Below the pieces are notes generated by a model. The model was not told where the DNA came from and ran no database searches. It worked only from the letters and a program-made list of their open reading frames with translations. A stretch of 64,000 nt of DNA, from the NCBI GenBank assembly GCA_035601415.1, contig DATNOG010000113.1:1890-65889 (forward strand), read 5' to 3'. Numbering within the stretch: the first letter of the stretch is position 1; every line of letters starts with the position of its first letter. Below are positions 54,316 through 63,680 of this stretch, one piece after another. A program made the translations under genes and the position numbers. This stretch comes from Pyrinomonadaceae bacterium (GTDB lineage Bacteria; Acidobacteriota; Blastocatellia; Pyrinomonadales; Pyrinomonadaceae).

Positions 54316-55668
54316 CTAGAAATCTTCAACCGCTTCGGCCCGCACTTTTTGTCCGCCATCCTGCGCGGTCAGGGTTGCGTGTGGTTTCTGCGGCACGATG
54401 ACTTCCAACGTCTTGTATATCTGCAAATAAATCTGCGTCTCGCGCGGAATCAGTGTGCGCCAGCCGGCGCCGCCACGTCGAATATAAAGCGGCAAGCGCG
54501 CGGCGTTTGAATTGTAGCCAGCCGCAAGTAATTCAGTTTGCGTCGCCAGCTTTGCGCTCAGCGCGTATTGCACATCTTCGTTGGCAGCCAGGTCATTCCA
54601 CGTGTCCTGCATGTAAAGCAGCATCGCCTGAAGCGCATTGACATGGTTACGCATGCCAACCACAAAGTCGGATGTCAAACCTACTGCCGGATGCCGCTGC
54701 CGTTCCAGGTTATAGGCCCACGGAATCATTTGCACCATGCCGCCGGCTCCTGCAAGACTTACCGAATAGCGGTAAGTATCCGGCTCGTTCAAAGCGTAGA
54801 GCGAATAAATCTCATCAAACAGCGCCAGCCGATTCTCAAGTCGAAAGCGATCGTGATCCACGTGCTCAACCAAACACAAGCGCTCAGCTACATCCACGAT
54901 TTGCGGCGAGATGAATGTTCCCTTGTCGCGCAGTCGCTGTACCGCGAGATTCATCATGCGATGAATGTAGGCGCGGCCGGCTCGCGATAGATCGGGCGAA
55001 AGCAAAGCTGGATGCGCAGAAGTGTAATAGGCCATCTCGCGAAAGACTCCGCCCTTTTCGATTGGATACTGGACTACCAGCGGGACCAATGAACGGCCCT
55101 GCACATCGAAAATAGCAACGGCGGTGTTAACTCCGTTCGCGCGTACAACTCGCACAGTCAAAAGAACACCAAGCGAACTCGTCATCGTTACTTCCGCGCC
55201 TTTAGTCAGGAAGGTGTCCTTCGACAGCGTGACCAAATGCATGCGGCCGCTTAGATGGTCCAGGGCTGCAAGCGTAACGAAATCGATCTGGGGCGTAGTC
55301 AGCGATGCAGGTTGCGGGCGCGACTTTAACAGTCGCTCAGCTTCAGAAATGCGTGTTCGTATGATGGGCGGCGACATCAGTAACGAAGCCGGCGGCACTG
55401 GCTCCGGACGTCGCGCGATGGCGGTTGGTCCGGCAACTCTCGGCACAACCTCGCTCTTGTTTCCCAGTTGCGTTCCCCGTGCCGGGCCAGAATCAGTTTG
55501 CTGCTCGGCCGGGACGTTGGGGCGTGGCTTCAGAATATTAACGGGTGTCGGCGTCGGAACAGGCGCCACAATGCGGGGACGAACATCAGGATTTTGCGGA
55601 GTTTGTGCCGGAGTTCGCGCGGCGAAAGCGATGATTAAAACTATCAGGGCGAAGCAACTTCTCTTCAT
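54316..55668 (-). CDS. secreted hypothetical protein (weak lytic-transglycosylase-like string)
   Basis: Start trimmed to ATG 55668. Signal MKRSCFALIVLIIAFAARTPAQ. LAGAGGMVQMIPWAY resembles an SLT motif only loosely. Confidence 0.55.
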   Translation of the reverse strand: MKRSCFALIVLIIAFAARTPAQTPQNPDVRPRIVAPVPTPTPVNILKPRPNVPAEQQTDSGPARGTQLGNKSEVVPRVAGPTAIARRPEPVPPASLLMSPPIIRTRISEAERLLKSRPQPASLTTPQIDFVTLAALDHLSGRMHLVTLSKDTFLTKGAEVTMTSSLGVLLTVRVVRANGVNTAVAIFDVQGRSLVPLVVQYPIEKGGVFREMAYYTSAHPALLSPDLSRAGRAYIHRMMNLAVQRLRDKGTFISPQIVDVAERLCLVEHVDHDRFRLENRLALFDEIYSLYALNEPDTYRYSVSLAGAGGMVQMIPWAYNLERQRHPAVGLTSDFVVGMRNHVNALQAMLLYMQDTWNDLAANEDVQYALSAKLATQTELLAAGYNSNAARLPLYIRRGGAGWRTLIPRETQIYLQIYKTLEVIVPQKPHATLTAQDGGQKVRAEAVEDF

Positions 55669-55849
55669 AAAAGCAAAACACCAACTCGATAACAAGTTCG
55701 CCCTGCGGCGATTGGGCCTTTAGATTCGCCGATGGCCGGTGAAATTGTCAATAACTTTTCCCGGCGCCACGCACTCGCCAGCCAGCCGAAGATGTCGTTG
55801 ATCTTGCGCGGCTTGGACGGTCAGACCTGATTTGGTTTTTTCGAACCTT

Positions 55850-55890
55850 GAGAAAAAGAATCGCTCCCGGCCGTAAAGCACCGGGAGCGA
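55850..55890 (-). terminator. rho-independent terminator after the 55949-56311 gene
   Basis: Minus strand reads TCGCTCCCGG-(10 nt)-CCGGGAGCGA then TTCTTTTTCT. Perfect 10-bp stem. Confidence 0.8.
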
Positions 55891-55948
55891 TTTCCGAAGG
55901 ATGCGGATTGTTAAGGAACCACTATTTCTTAGCGACCAACCTCAGGCT

Positions 55949-56311
55949 TTAGTTGCTGGCCGAGGAACCGTTCAGAACGATGTTTTGCTCCGAACCGGCG
56001 AATGCGATGCCTACCAACTGCTTCTCTTCACCAGCGCCGGTCAGCCGCAACTCAAACAGGCGCGCTTTACCGTCCCGCTTTTCAGTGGTTGTGCTTGCCT
56101 GTGCAACCACCTTACCGTTCTTCATGATCGACAACTGGCCCTTCTCGTCGTCGAACTTCAAATCATAGGTGCCACTCTTGACAAGCGTTCCACTGACGGT
56201 GGTGTTCGTCGCCAGAGTTATGGATTCCTTTCTTGTCTTTGCAAAGGCGCTGACAGCAGCGAGTGATGTAATTACTAACGCGATGCTGATTTGCTTAATC
56301 AACGATTTCAT
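55949..56311 (-). CDS. small secreted hypothetical protein
   Basis: Start at ATG 56311 after AAGGAG. Signal MKSLIKQISIALVITSLAAVSAFA. Confidence 0.65.
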   Translation of the reverse strand: MKSLIKQISIALVITSLAAVSAFAKTRKESITLATNTTVSGTLVKSGTYDLKFDDEKGQLSIMKNGKVVAQASTTTEKRDGKARLFELRLTGAGEEKQLVGIAFAGSEQNIVLNGSSASN

Positions 56312-56548
56312 GTCGAAACTCCTTGGCTGTTTTTGCGTCAATCTCCGTAGGGAGTGTTACTAACAACGAGGACGAAGGTTAATGTTCCACAAATCTAAGT
56401 TGACCTCTTCTGCGCTACAGAAGTTTTTGTTCGTCTGCACCATAAACACCATGCAGATGATTTCTGTGACAGACTTTTTTAGTGGAGTGCGAGGTGAGGA
56501 AATTTTCAATCGCTAATGATCCAAAACTTTAGAGTTGCATTTGAAAGT

Positions 56549-57427
56549 TTAGATAAGCCAGTCGCGCGTGACATCGCACCATAGGACCAGGCCGCGCCAT
56601 TCATTGAATCGTGAGTAGTAACGAGCGATCTTTTTGTCGCTCGCCTTACGGCCGTTGTTTCGCACCGTGAAAAATTTTGCGCGCGTCCAGGAATCAAGTG
56701 CGAGCCCGTCGTAGCGGCCGAGAAGTTTGAGAAGATTCTCAGCCGCATATGGACCAACACCCTTGACGCCTCGCATTTCCCTTATCAGTTCCGCTGTTGC
56801 CAGTGGACTGTGAAGCCACTGCTCCACATTCAGATTGCCAGACGCAACTCGATCCGCAAGTTCTTTAAAATAGGGAGCGCGGTAACCTGCGCGTACTTCA
56901 TTGGTATAAAACTTCAAAGGCATCAGGGCCATCGCCTCGGGGGTGGGAAAAGTACGGCGACCATCGTTTGATTCGCGTCCCAGATTTTGCACCAGCCCGT
57001 TCACCATTTTTTCGGTCAGGGCCCACGAACAATTCGTGGTGCAAATCATCTTTACCAGGTCTTCGAAAACCGTCGGCGAGCGCAGCATCCGGCCTGCGCC
57101 CTGGCTGGCCACCCATGCGAATTCGTTTTCCCGGGCCATCAACCCGTAGAACCCAGCCATGTCGTCATCCAGTCGCAGCATGTGACGAACGTCAGAGATT
57201 ACTTGTTTGGTGGCTTTTTGACTGATACGGCGCGACGTGCTGATACGCAACTGCCGGTTGCGGGCGCTGATCTCAAGCGTAACCGGTTTGTCCCTCTTCA
57301 GATCCAGCACCCGTCGCAGAATCCATTTGTCTCGGTCTATTTCAAACGGCAACAGTTCGCACCAGCCGTGGCTGATGGCCGTGCGCTTGAAACTGAAGTC
57401 GCGGGGTGTAGAAATCGCCAATTCCAT
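56549..57427 (-). CDS. HhH-GPD superfamily DNA glycosylase (AlkA / 3-methyladenine glycosylase II-like)
   Basis: 292 aa: LVKMICTTNCSW.., helix-hairpin-helix MRGVKGVGPYAAENLLKLLGRYDGLALDSW. Confidence 0.75.
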   Translation of the reverse strand: MELAISTPRDFSFKRTAISHGWCELLPFEIDRDKWILRRVLDLKRDKPVTLEISARNRQLRISTSRRISQKATKQVISDVRHMLRLDDDMAGFYGLMARENEFAWVASQGAGRMLRSPTVFEDLVKMICTTNCSWALTEKMVNGLVQNLGRESNDGRRTFPTPEAMALMPLKFYTNEVRAGYRAPYFKELADRVASGNLNVEQWLHSPLATAELIREMRGVKGVGPYAAENLLKLLGRYDGLALDSWTRAKFFTVRNNGRKASDKKIARYYSRFNEWRGLVLWCDVTRDWLI

Positions 57428-57575
57428 TGTTTAAGTGTTAGCTGCTCGGTAAATCTGTGGAAGGGAAAAGTTAAGAGAGATCGCTTCCAGAAACAGATTA
57501 TGTTCACGATTAGAATGTAATCGCAAAGAGCCACGTAGAACGGGCATTGTTGCCTATCCCCTCATTTTCAAAACT

Positions 57576-57597
57576 GGACAGACAGGAATGTCTCTCC
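57576..57597. repeat. solitary degenerate GGACAG-family hairpin unit
   Basis: ggacagacaggaatgtctctcc. Confidence 0.6.
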
Positions 57598-57638
57598 GAC
57601 CACGGTCTTGTATGCTTCGACTGCGGTCAAGCTGATTC

Positions 57639-57667
57639 TTGACAGCGATGCGAGCGAAGCCTAGACT
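57639..57667 (+). promoter_or_regulatory. orphan near-consensus promoter-like string
   Basis: TTGACA-17 nt-TAGACT. No plus-strand CDS downstream. Confidence 0.35.
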
Positions 57668-57673
57668 GGCCTT

Positions 57674-57828
57674 ACTTGAAAACAGAATAGGAAGGCTGTA
57701 CTCGCACCTCCCTAATACTCGGGAGTAAGGCGAGAGCGGAGTCAAATTACGTGACTCTCTACGGTACCCCCGGCGAACTTAAGCGCCGCTTCCGACGATA
57801 ATTAAGGCCGGAGCTTTCCGGTTTTCTC
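57674..57828 (+). ncRNA. candidate ~155-nt structured small RNA (unclassified)
   Basis: Downstream of the orphan promoter there are successive hairpins (CTCGC..CTCCC-taatact-GGGAG..GCGAG; GAGTCA-aattacg-TGACTC; CGGCG-aacttaag-CGCCG). It ends with CCGGA-gctt-TCCGG + TTTTCTC. Confidence 0.2.
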
Positions 57829-57870
57829 GCCCCACCGGGCCTACAATAACCCGCGTGGGGCGATGTCGTT

Positions 57871-57949
57871 GTAGGACAGGCATTCCTGGCTGTTCCTGCT
57901 TCATCTCAACTGCAAGCACAAACTGGACAGACAGGAATGCCTGTCCTAC
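57871..57949. repeat. REPIN-like doublet (GGACAG hairpin family)
   Basis: gtaggacaggcattcctggctgttcc (57871-96) and ggacagacaggaatgcctgtcctac (57925-49). The second unit overlaps the stop of the PHP gene. Confidence 0.85.
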
Positions 57950-59157
57950 CTAACATAAATTGGGTTTGAAATTATCCACGGCTGGTCGCTGATAGGTGTC
58001 GGCAGTTGCGGTAGGTAAACCTCAACTCGATAACTCCCCTTCTCCGTCACCGGGTAATGCTTCTCTTTGATCCCAGTTTCATCCCGCAATATCTTGCCAT
58101 CCTTAAACAAAACGACGCGGGCAGGGATGGGCAGCGCAACTGACAGGGTAACCCCGTTGCCGAGCGCGATTTCGTCGCCTTCAATCTTCCGATCACTGCC
58201 GTTTGTCGCTGCAAATCTGAACCCAGACGTGTCGCCGAAGAGATCGAGTCCGACGAAGCAATGGCCGGCGGCAACGGCCCGCAATAAACTCTCGGAATTA
58301 AATGTTTCACTATTCGCGAGCAAGACGTGCATTCGCACCAGGCGAAAGCTCCTCTCGTAAGGATCGGCTTTAAAGCCGACCAAAGTCTTGCCGGACGCGT
58401 CGTTCAAGCTTATTCCCACATTGGCATGCGCATCATTTCCGGCGGTCGCCACCAGCCGCCTGCCGGTCATGCTAATCGCATCGTCCCAGTGCTTGAGGCT
58501 GTTCGCCGGTCGCGCATAGAAAGTAGCAAACAGCAGATCAGCATAACTGCGGTAGGACCACAGACCATCGAAAAACATTACGACCGGATTTATGTGCTTC
58601 GCGTTTGAGTATAGGTTGTAAACCTCCACGCCGTCGTAGCCCGGTGCGCTCCAACTCTTGAATTCTTCCGGATAAGCAACGAGGGCCAAAGCATTTCTTG
58701 CCTTCGTCCGTGCGAGGATGTCAGCTATCGAAGAACTTTCACGAAGATTAGCCATCTCGTCGCCTGGCAAGATCAGCAACCGCTCTTTCGTGGGGGTGCT
58801 CACCTCGTTGCCGTTTATGAAAAGAACACCGCTATGAACGTCCTTCAAAGTCAGCGCCGCCGTGTTGAAGTTTGCGGAAGTGTGCTCGGTCATCACGACG
58901 AAGTTGAGTTGATTTTGTTTTGCGGCGGCAATGATCTCTTCGAAGTTGCCCGCGCTGTGTCCTCCCAAAAAGGAGTGAACGTGGACGACGCCTTTGTATT
59001 CGACAAACTTCTCGTCGGGCTTCGGTTGTCGTTGCGAGTTGAGCTTTTGAATGGCGTCGCGCAGGCGGCCCAATTTGTAGCGGCGATAGGCAAAAGGAAT
59101 CTGCGAGCAGATTATTAAGGCCAGCAGGACCAGAGAAAGTTTCTGCCAACGCTTCAT
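57946..59157 (-). CDS. membrane-anchored PHP/CehA-McbA-type metallo-hydrolase
   Basis: 403 aa. N-terminal TM, then YKGVVHVHSFLGGHSAGNFEEIIAAAKQNQLNFVVMTEH. Confidence 0.7.
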   Translation of the reverse strand: MKRWQKLSLVLLALIICSQIPFAYRRYKLGRLRDAIQKLNSQRQPKPDEKFVEYKGVVHVHSFLGGHSAGNFEEIIAAAKQNQLNFVVMTEHTSANFNTAALTLKDVHSGVLFINGNEVSTPTKERLLILPGDEMANLRESSSIADILARTKARNALALVAYPEEFKSWSAPGYDGVEVYNLYSNAKHINPVVMFFDGLWSYRSYADLLFATFYARPANSLKHWDDAISMTGRRLVATAGNDAHANVGISLNDASGKTLVGFKADPYERSFRLVRMHVLLANSETFNSESLLRAVAAGHCFVGLDLFGDTSGFRFAATNGSDRKIEGDEIALGNGVTLSVALPIPARVVLFKDGKILRDETGIKEKHYPVTEKGSYRVEVYLPQLPTPISDQPWIISNPIYVR

Positions 59158-59166
59158 AGGAAAGAA

Positions 59167-59475
59167 CTAACTCTCGAAATCCACCGAAGCGACGTGTTCG
59201 CTGATGGTGCTGCCAAGCTCGGCAACCTTTATGTGTTCGGGATGAATTGTGTAGGCATCGAGGCCGGCGCGATCGGCGAAAGTTACCACGAAACCCGTGT
59301 CGTACGATCGGGGCAAGAGTAATGTGTCGAAACCGACGGCCAGACTCTGCACGTCCGGGACGACCGAAGCGAGGCGACGAAGCAACGCCACGTGTTCAGC
59401 GCGCACATCCGGGCCAATATCTGCGCGATATTTCCAAACTACAATATGAGTCAGCATTTGCACTATGTCCGACAA
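59167..59475 (-). CDS. Dabb (stress-responsive alpha/beta-barrel) domain protein
   Basis: 102 aa: LTHIVVWKYRADI..FVVTFADRAGLDAYTIHPEHIKV. Confidence 0.8.
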   Translation of the reverse strand: MSDIVQMLTHIVVWKYRADIGPDVRAEHVALLRRLASVVPDVQSLAVGFDTLLLPRSYDTGFVVTFADRAGLDAYTIHPEHIKVAELGSTISEHVASVDFES

Positions 59476-59476
59476 A

Positions 59477-60976
59477 CTAAAGTTTGCCGGACCAAACCAG
59501 CAGCAACCTTAACTGTTCGTTCAGTAATTCCCAAACTTGGCGCACGTGCTTTTCGCTGGTGCGAATATTGCCGATCGAAAGTCGCAACGTGATTTTGTCA
59601 TTCAGCTTTGTGTGCGAAAGCAATGCTTTTCCGGTCGCATTTGCGCCGTGCATGATGGCTTCATTCAAAACGTCGAGACGCGATTCGCGCGCCGACGGCG
59701 CAACGTTCTCGAACTTTGGACAGGCACGAAAACAAACCAAAGCAAAAGGCAATGGCGCCATTAATTCCCAGTCGTCCGCATGTTCAACCCAGGAAGCAAA
59801 CAGCTTTGCAAGCCGGCAATGTTCGCGTATGCGCGCCGCGAGTCCCTCGTGACCAAAGTAGCGAATGATCATCCACAACTTCAGCGCGCGAAAGCGGCGG
59901 CCAAGCTGCACGCCATAATCCGATCCGCTGCGCACCTGTTCCTGCTCAGGCGTACGCAAATATTCCGGCACTAATGAAAACGCGCGACGCAAAAGATCCA
60001 GATGACGACAGTAAAGCACCGAAAGATCGAATGGCGTGAACAACCACTTGTGCGGATTGACCGCAACCGAATCCGCGCGCTCGCAACCTGACAACACATG
60101 CCGAAGCTCCGGCACAACCGCCGCCGAGCCGGCGTAGGCGGCGTCAACGTGCAGCCACAGCGCGTGCTGTTCGGAGATGGAAACTATAGCTGGAATGGGA
60201 TCAATGCTCGAGGTTGACGTAGTGCCAACCGTTGCCACGACACAGAAGGGAAGAAATCCGGCGCGCTTATCTTCGTCGATGGCTGCGGCCAAAGCCTGCG
60301 GGTCCATGCGAAATTCGCTGTCAGTTGGAATTTTTCGTAACGCCCGCTGGCCCAGGCCCAACGTTATGATTCCTTTGTCGATCGAAGAGTGTGCTTGTTC
60401 CGAAGCATAAACTCGCAATAGCGGCAGATCAGTGCGCCCGCTCATTCCCTCTTCGCGAATGCGCAGCTCCACACCTTCGCGCGCGGCTGCGATCGCGTGC
60501 ATGCTCGAGACTGAAGCGGTGTCGTAAATAATTCCGGTCAACCCTGCGTCGAGTCCCATCATTTGTCGTAGCCAATCAAGCGTTACTTCTTCCAGTTCAG
60601 TAGAAGCGGGAGAAGTTCGCCACAACATCCCTTTGTTATCAAAAGCGGCGCTGAGTAGTTCACCAAAGATTCCCGGCGCAGAGGTGGAGGTCGCGAAGTA
60701 AGCAAAGAACGAAGGATGACTCCAATGCGTCAGGGCGGGCACGATCAGGCGGTCAACGTCCGCGAGGATTTGTTGCATTGGTTCGCCCGTTTGCGGCGGA
60801 GACGTGGGAAGTTGTGCTTTGAGATCGCCCGGCTCGATCTGCGCGAGCACCGGCAAGTCTTCGATGTGTTCGAAGTAGTTGACAATCCAGTCGATCACTT
60901 CGTGACCGTGTCGGCGAAATTCTTCCGCGTTCATGTCGCCCAGCGGCGGCGAAAGTTTTGTTTGCGATTCACTCAT
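59477..60976 (-). CDS. group II PLP-dependent decarboxylase (aromatic-L-amino-acid/tyrosine decarboxylase-like)
   Basis: Start trimmed to ATG 60976. MNAEEFRRHGHEVIDWIVNYF..HWSHPSFFAYF..VAVNPHKWLFTPFD. Confidence 0.88.
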   Translation of the reverse strand: MSESQTKLSPPLGDMNAEEFRRHGHEVIDWIVNYFEHIEDLPVLAQIEPGDLKAQLPTSPPQTGEPMQQILADVDRLIVPALTHWSHPSFFAYFATSTSAPGIFGELLSAAFDNKGMLWRTSPASTELEEVTLDWLRQMMGLDAGLTGIIYDTASVSSMHAIAAAREGVELRIREEGMSGRTDLPLLRVYASEQAHSSIDKGIITLGLGQRALRKIPTDSEFRMDPQALAAAIDEDKRAGFLPFCVVATVGTTSTSSIDPIPAIVSISEQHALWLHVDAAYAGSAAVVPELRHVLSGCERADSVAVNPHKWLFTPFDLSVLYCRHLDLLRRAFSLVPEYLRTPEQEQVRSGSDYGVQLGRRFRALKLWMIIRYFGHEGLAARIREHCRLAKLFASWVEHADDWELMAPLPFALVCFRACPKFENVAPSARESRLDVLNEAIMHGANATGKALLSHTKLNDKITLRLSIGNIRTSEKHVRQVWELLNEQLRLLLVWSGKL

Positions 60977-61096
60977 CGGTGCGCAGTCTAGATTAGACGT
61001 AAAGTATTTTCCAAGTTTTCTGGAAAAGATGCCAATTGGCACTTGTGCCTCAACCCGTGACCAATGGCAAGGGTCGTATACTGTGGGTCGACGAAT

Positions 61097-61218
61097 ACAG
61101 AACCGGGAGCGGTAGCGACCGGGTCGGATCTCCGAATACTGAAGAGCTGTCGAGTGAAAATTTTCCGGAGCTCCCGGTTATGCCCACGCCACCCGGTCGC
61201 TACCGCTCCCGGTTCTGT
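61097..61218. repeat. MITE-like element: perfect 28-nt terminal inverted repeats around a 66-bp centre
   Basis: acagaaccgggagcggtagcgaccgggt (61097-61124) has its exact reverse complement at 61191-61218. The centre holds a ccggagctcccgg near-palindrome. Confidence 0.75.
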
Positions 61219-61283
61219 CTTTGTTTTGCTCCAGCTGCAACTTCTAACTCGACGCCGTCTTCAATTAGCAAAGCTCCCAAAGT

Positions 61284-61313
61284 TTGCGTCAATAACGCAC
61301 TCGAAGCTATTAT
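61284..61313 (+). promoter_or_regulatory. candidate liv-operon promoter
   Basis: TTGCGT-18 nt-TATTAT, about 115 nt upstream of the binding-protein ATG. Confidence 0.3.
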
Positions 61314-61429
61314 GCAGGCTCGATTTAAGCTGACATTAAAGCTTTGCCCGATTGGCCGCGAAAGCTCGCGGCCCTGGCTCCCTCTAACAGATGTCGTCGC
61401 CAAAAACATTTCGCCTTTGTGAGGAAAAT

Positions 61430-62743
61430 ATGAAAAGAATTCTGCTTTCGCTTGGACTAATTGCATCTCTCATTTTTGTCTTTGCTTGTGAACGCAAAGG
61501 TGGGCCAGGAGCCGGCGGCAACTCCGGGCCTATCGTGATCGGTTATTACGGTGATCTTTCGGGACGCACCTCAAACTTTGGGCAGTCAACCAAGAATGGT
61601 GTCGAGATGGCTGCTGACGAGATTAACAAAGCGGGAGGAATCAATGGCCGGCAGATTACGATTCTTTCTGAAGACGACGAGGGCCGCCCGGAAAAAGCAG
61701 CGACAGTCGTAACCAAGCTTATCGATCAGGATCGCGTTGTTGCGCTCCTCGGCGAAGTCGCATCTGGAAATACACTGGCGGCAGCGCCCAAAGCACAGGC
61801 CGCAAAGGTTCCGATGATTTCCCCATCGTCGACGAATCCCGCCGTTACTCAGGTCGGCGATTATATCTCGCGTGTTTGCTTTATCGATCCATTTCAAGGC
61901 GCCGTCATGGCCAAGTTTGCAGCCAACACATTAAAAGCGAAGAAGGCGGCGATCATGCTCGACTTCAATTCGCCTTACAGTCGCGGGCTTACCGAATTTT
62001 TTGAGTCCAGCTTCACCAAGCTCGGTGGACAGATCGTAAACAAACAGTCGTACACTCAGGGCGATCGCGATTACAAAGGTCAGTTGACGGCAATTCGCTC
62101 GACGAATCCCGACGTGATTTATGTTCCCGGCTACTATGGCGAGGTTGGCGTGATCGCCAAGCAGGCAAAGCAGCTTGATATCAAAGCCCCGATGCTCGGC
62201 GGCGATGGTTGGGATTCAACGCAACTCTGGGATTTGGGCGGCGACGCGTTGAATGGAGACTATATTTCCAATCACTATTCGGTCGACGATCCCTCACCGG
62301 CGATCCAAAAGTTTGTAGCTGCTTACAAAGCCCGCTATGGCAACGTGCCCGACGCGCTCGCGGCGCTGGGTTACGACGCGATGATGGTACTTGCCGATTC
62401 CATCAAACGCGCCGGCACCACAGAAGGACCAAAACTTAAGGATGCCATCGCTGCAACCAAGGATTTTATCGGTGTGACTGGGACCATCTCGTTGGATAAA
62501 GACCGGAATGCTGTCAAGCCGGCGGTTGTGCTCAAACTACAGGACAAAAAATATGTCTACGTGGAGACGATTTATCCCGAGGGGATGACTGCGCCTGCTG
62601 CAGCTCCAGCTGCCCCGGCAACGTCAGGGACTTCGCCAGCGGCTGCGCCCGTCTTGTCTCCAGCCAAGGCAGGAGCGGCGGCTCCTGCTAAAGCGGCTTC
62701 GCCCGCTGTTGCAACTAAAAAGCCCGCAGCGTCTCCCCAATAA
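61430..62743 (+). CDS. branched-chain amino-acid ABC transporter substrate-binding lipoprotein (LivJ/K-like) with an Ala/Pro-rich C-terminal tail
   Basis: Start at ATG 61430. Lipobox LIFVFAC. GYYGDLSGRTSNFGQST..VALLGEVASG... Confidence 0.85.
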   Translation: MKRILLSLGLIASLIFVFACERKGGPGAGGNSGPIVIGYYGDLSGRTSNFGQSTKNGVEMAADEINKAGGINGRQITILSEDDEGRPEKAATVVTKLIDQDRVVALLGEVASGNTLAAAPKAQAAKVPMISPSSTNPAVTQVGDYISRVCFIDPFQGAVMAKFAANTLKAKKAAIMLDFNSPYSRGLTEFFESSFTKLGGQIVNKQSYTQGDRDYKGQLTAIRSTNPDVIYVPGYYGEVGVIAKQAKQLDIKAPMLGGDGWDSTQLWDLGGDALNGDYISNHYSVDDPSPAIQKFVAAYKARYGNVPDALAALGYDAMMVLADSIKRAGTTEGPKLKDAIAATKDFIGVTGTISLDKDRNAVKPAVVLKLQDKKYVYVETIYPEGMTAPAAAPAAPATSGTSPAAAPVLSPAKAGAAAPAKAASPAVATKKPAASPQ

Positions 62744-62761
62744 CACCAAGCTACGCGTTGA

Positions 62762-63679
62762 ATGGATACTTTTGTTCAGCAACTCATTAATGGCCTGACG
62801 ATCGGCGCAATTTACGCGCTGATCGCTTTGGGCTACACCATGGTCTACGGCATTCTCCGCCTAATCAACTTTGCGCACGGCGACATCTACATGGTCGGAG
62901 CGTTTGTTGGTTATTTCCTCGCCTTCGAACTTGGCTTCGCCGCCGGGCCATCGCTGGTCGGACTTAGCGTGGTGCTGATCGGATCGATGATTGCCGCGGC
63001 GCTGGTGGGCATGGCCATTGAAAGATTCGCTTATCGTCCGATCCGCAAATACGCGCGCATGACCACGTTGATTACTGCCATCGGCGTGTCACTGCTGATA
63101 GAAAATCTTTTTGTCGCGCGCCTGGGCGCAGCACCGCGCGCCTTCCCGCAACTGCTTCGCGAACAAAGCTACACGCTATTTGGCAACGCTGCGATTTCCA
63201 AATCGCAGATATTGATCTTTGCGGTTTCGGTAGCGTTGATGGTGCTGCTTCAATGGGTAATCTTCAAGACGAAGGTAGGTACGGCGATGCGCGCCGTTTC
63301 TTTCAACCTTAACTCGGCTAAGTTAATGGGCATCAATACGGACTTTATTATTTCGTTTACCTTTGCGCTCGGTTCGGCGCTGGCGGCGGCAGGTGGCGTA
63401 CTTACCGCACAATACAATCCGCAGATCGATCCGTTGATGGGCATCATCACCGGCTTAAAAGCTTTCGTCGCTGCGGTGCTCGGCGGCATTGGTAATATTC
63501 CAGGCGCGGTGCTCGGCGGGCTGCTCATTGGCATTGCGGAAACTTTTGTCGTTGGTTACGGACAAAACGTCGGCGTCCCCACCACCTTTCGCGATGCAGT
63601 CGCTTTCGCAATTCTGATTCTCGTTCTGCTATTTCGACCGACGGGCCTGCTGGGCTCGACGGTCCAAGAGAAAGTCTAG
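62762..63679 (+). CDS. livH: branched-chain amino-acid ABC transporter permease
   Basis: 305 aa: MDTFVQQLINGLTIGAIYALIALGYTMVYGILRLINFAHGD. Confidence 0.9.
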   Translation: MDTFVQQLINGLTIGAIYALIALGYTMVYGILRLINFAHGDIYMVGAFVGYFLAFELGFAAGPSLVGLSVVLIGSMIAAALVGMAIERFAYRPIRKYARMTTLITAIGVSLLIENLFVARLGAAPRAFPQLLREQSYTLFGNAAISKSQILIFAVSVALMVLLQWVIFKTKVGTAMRAVSFNLNSAKLMGINTDFIISFTFALGSALAAAGGVLTAQYNPQIDPLMGIITGLKAFVAAVLGGIGNIPGAVLGGLLIGIAETFVVGYGQNVGVPTTFRDAVAFAILILVLLFRPTGLLGSTVQEKV

Positions 63680-63680
63680 T

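Noticed and set aside
56407-56428. Plus-strand terminator-like hairpin CTTCTG-cgcta-CAGAAG + TTTTT with no upstream plus-strand gene
   Set aside because: The stem is only 6 bp and no promoter or gene is associated with it. It is probably fortuitous.
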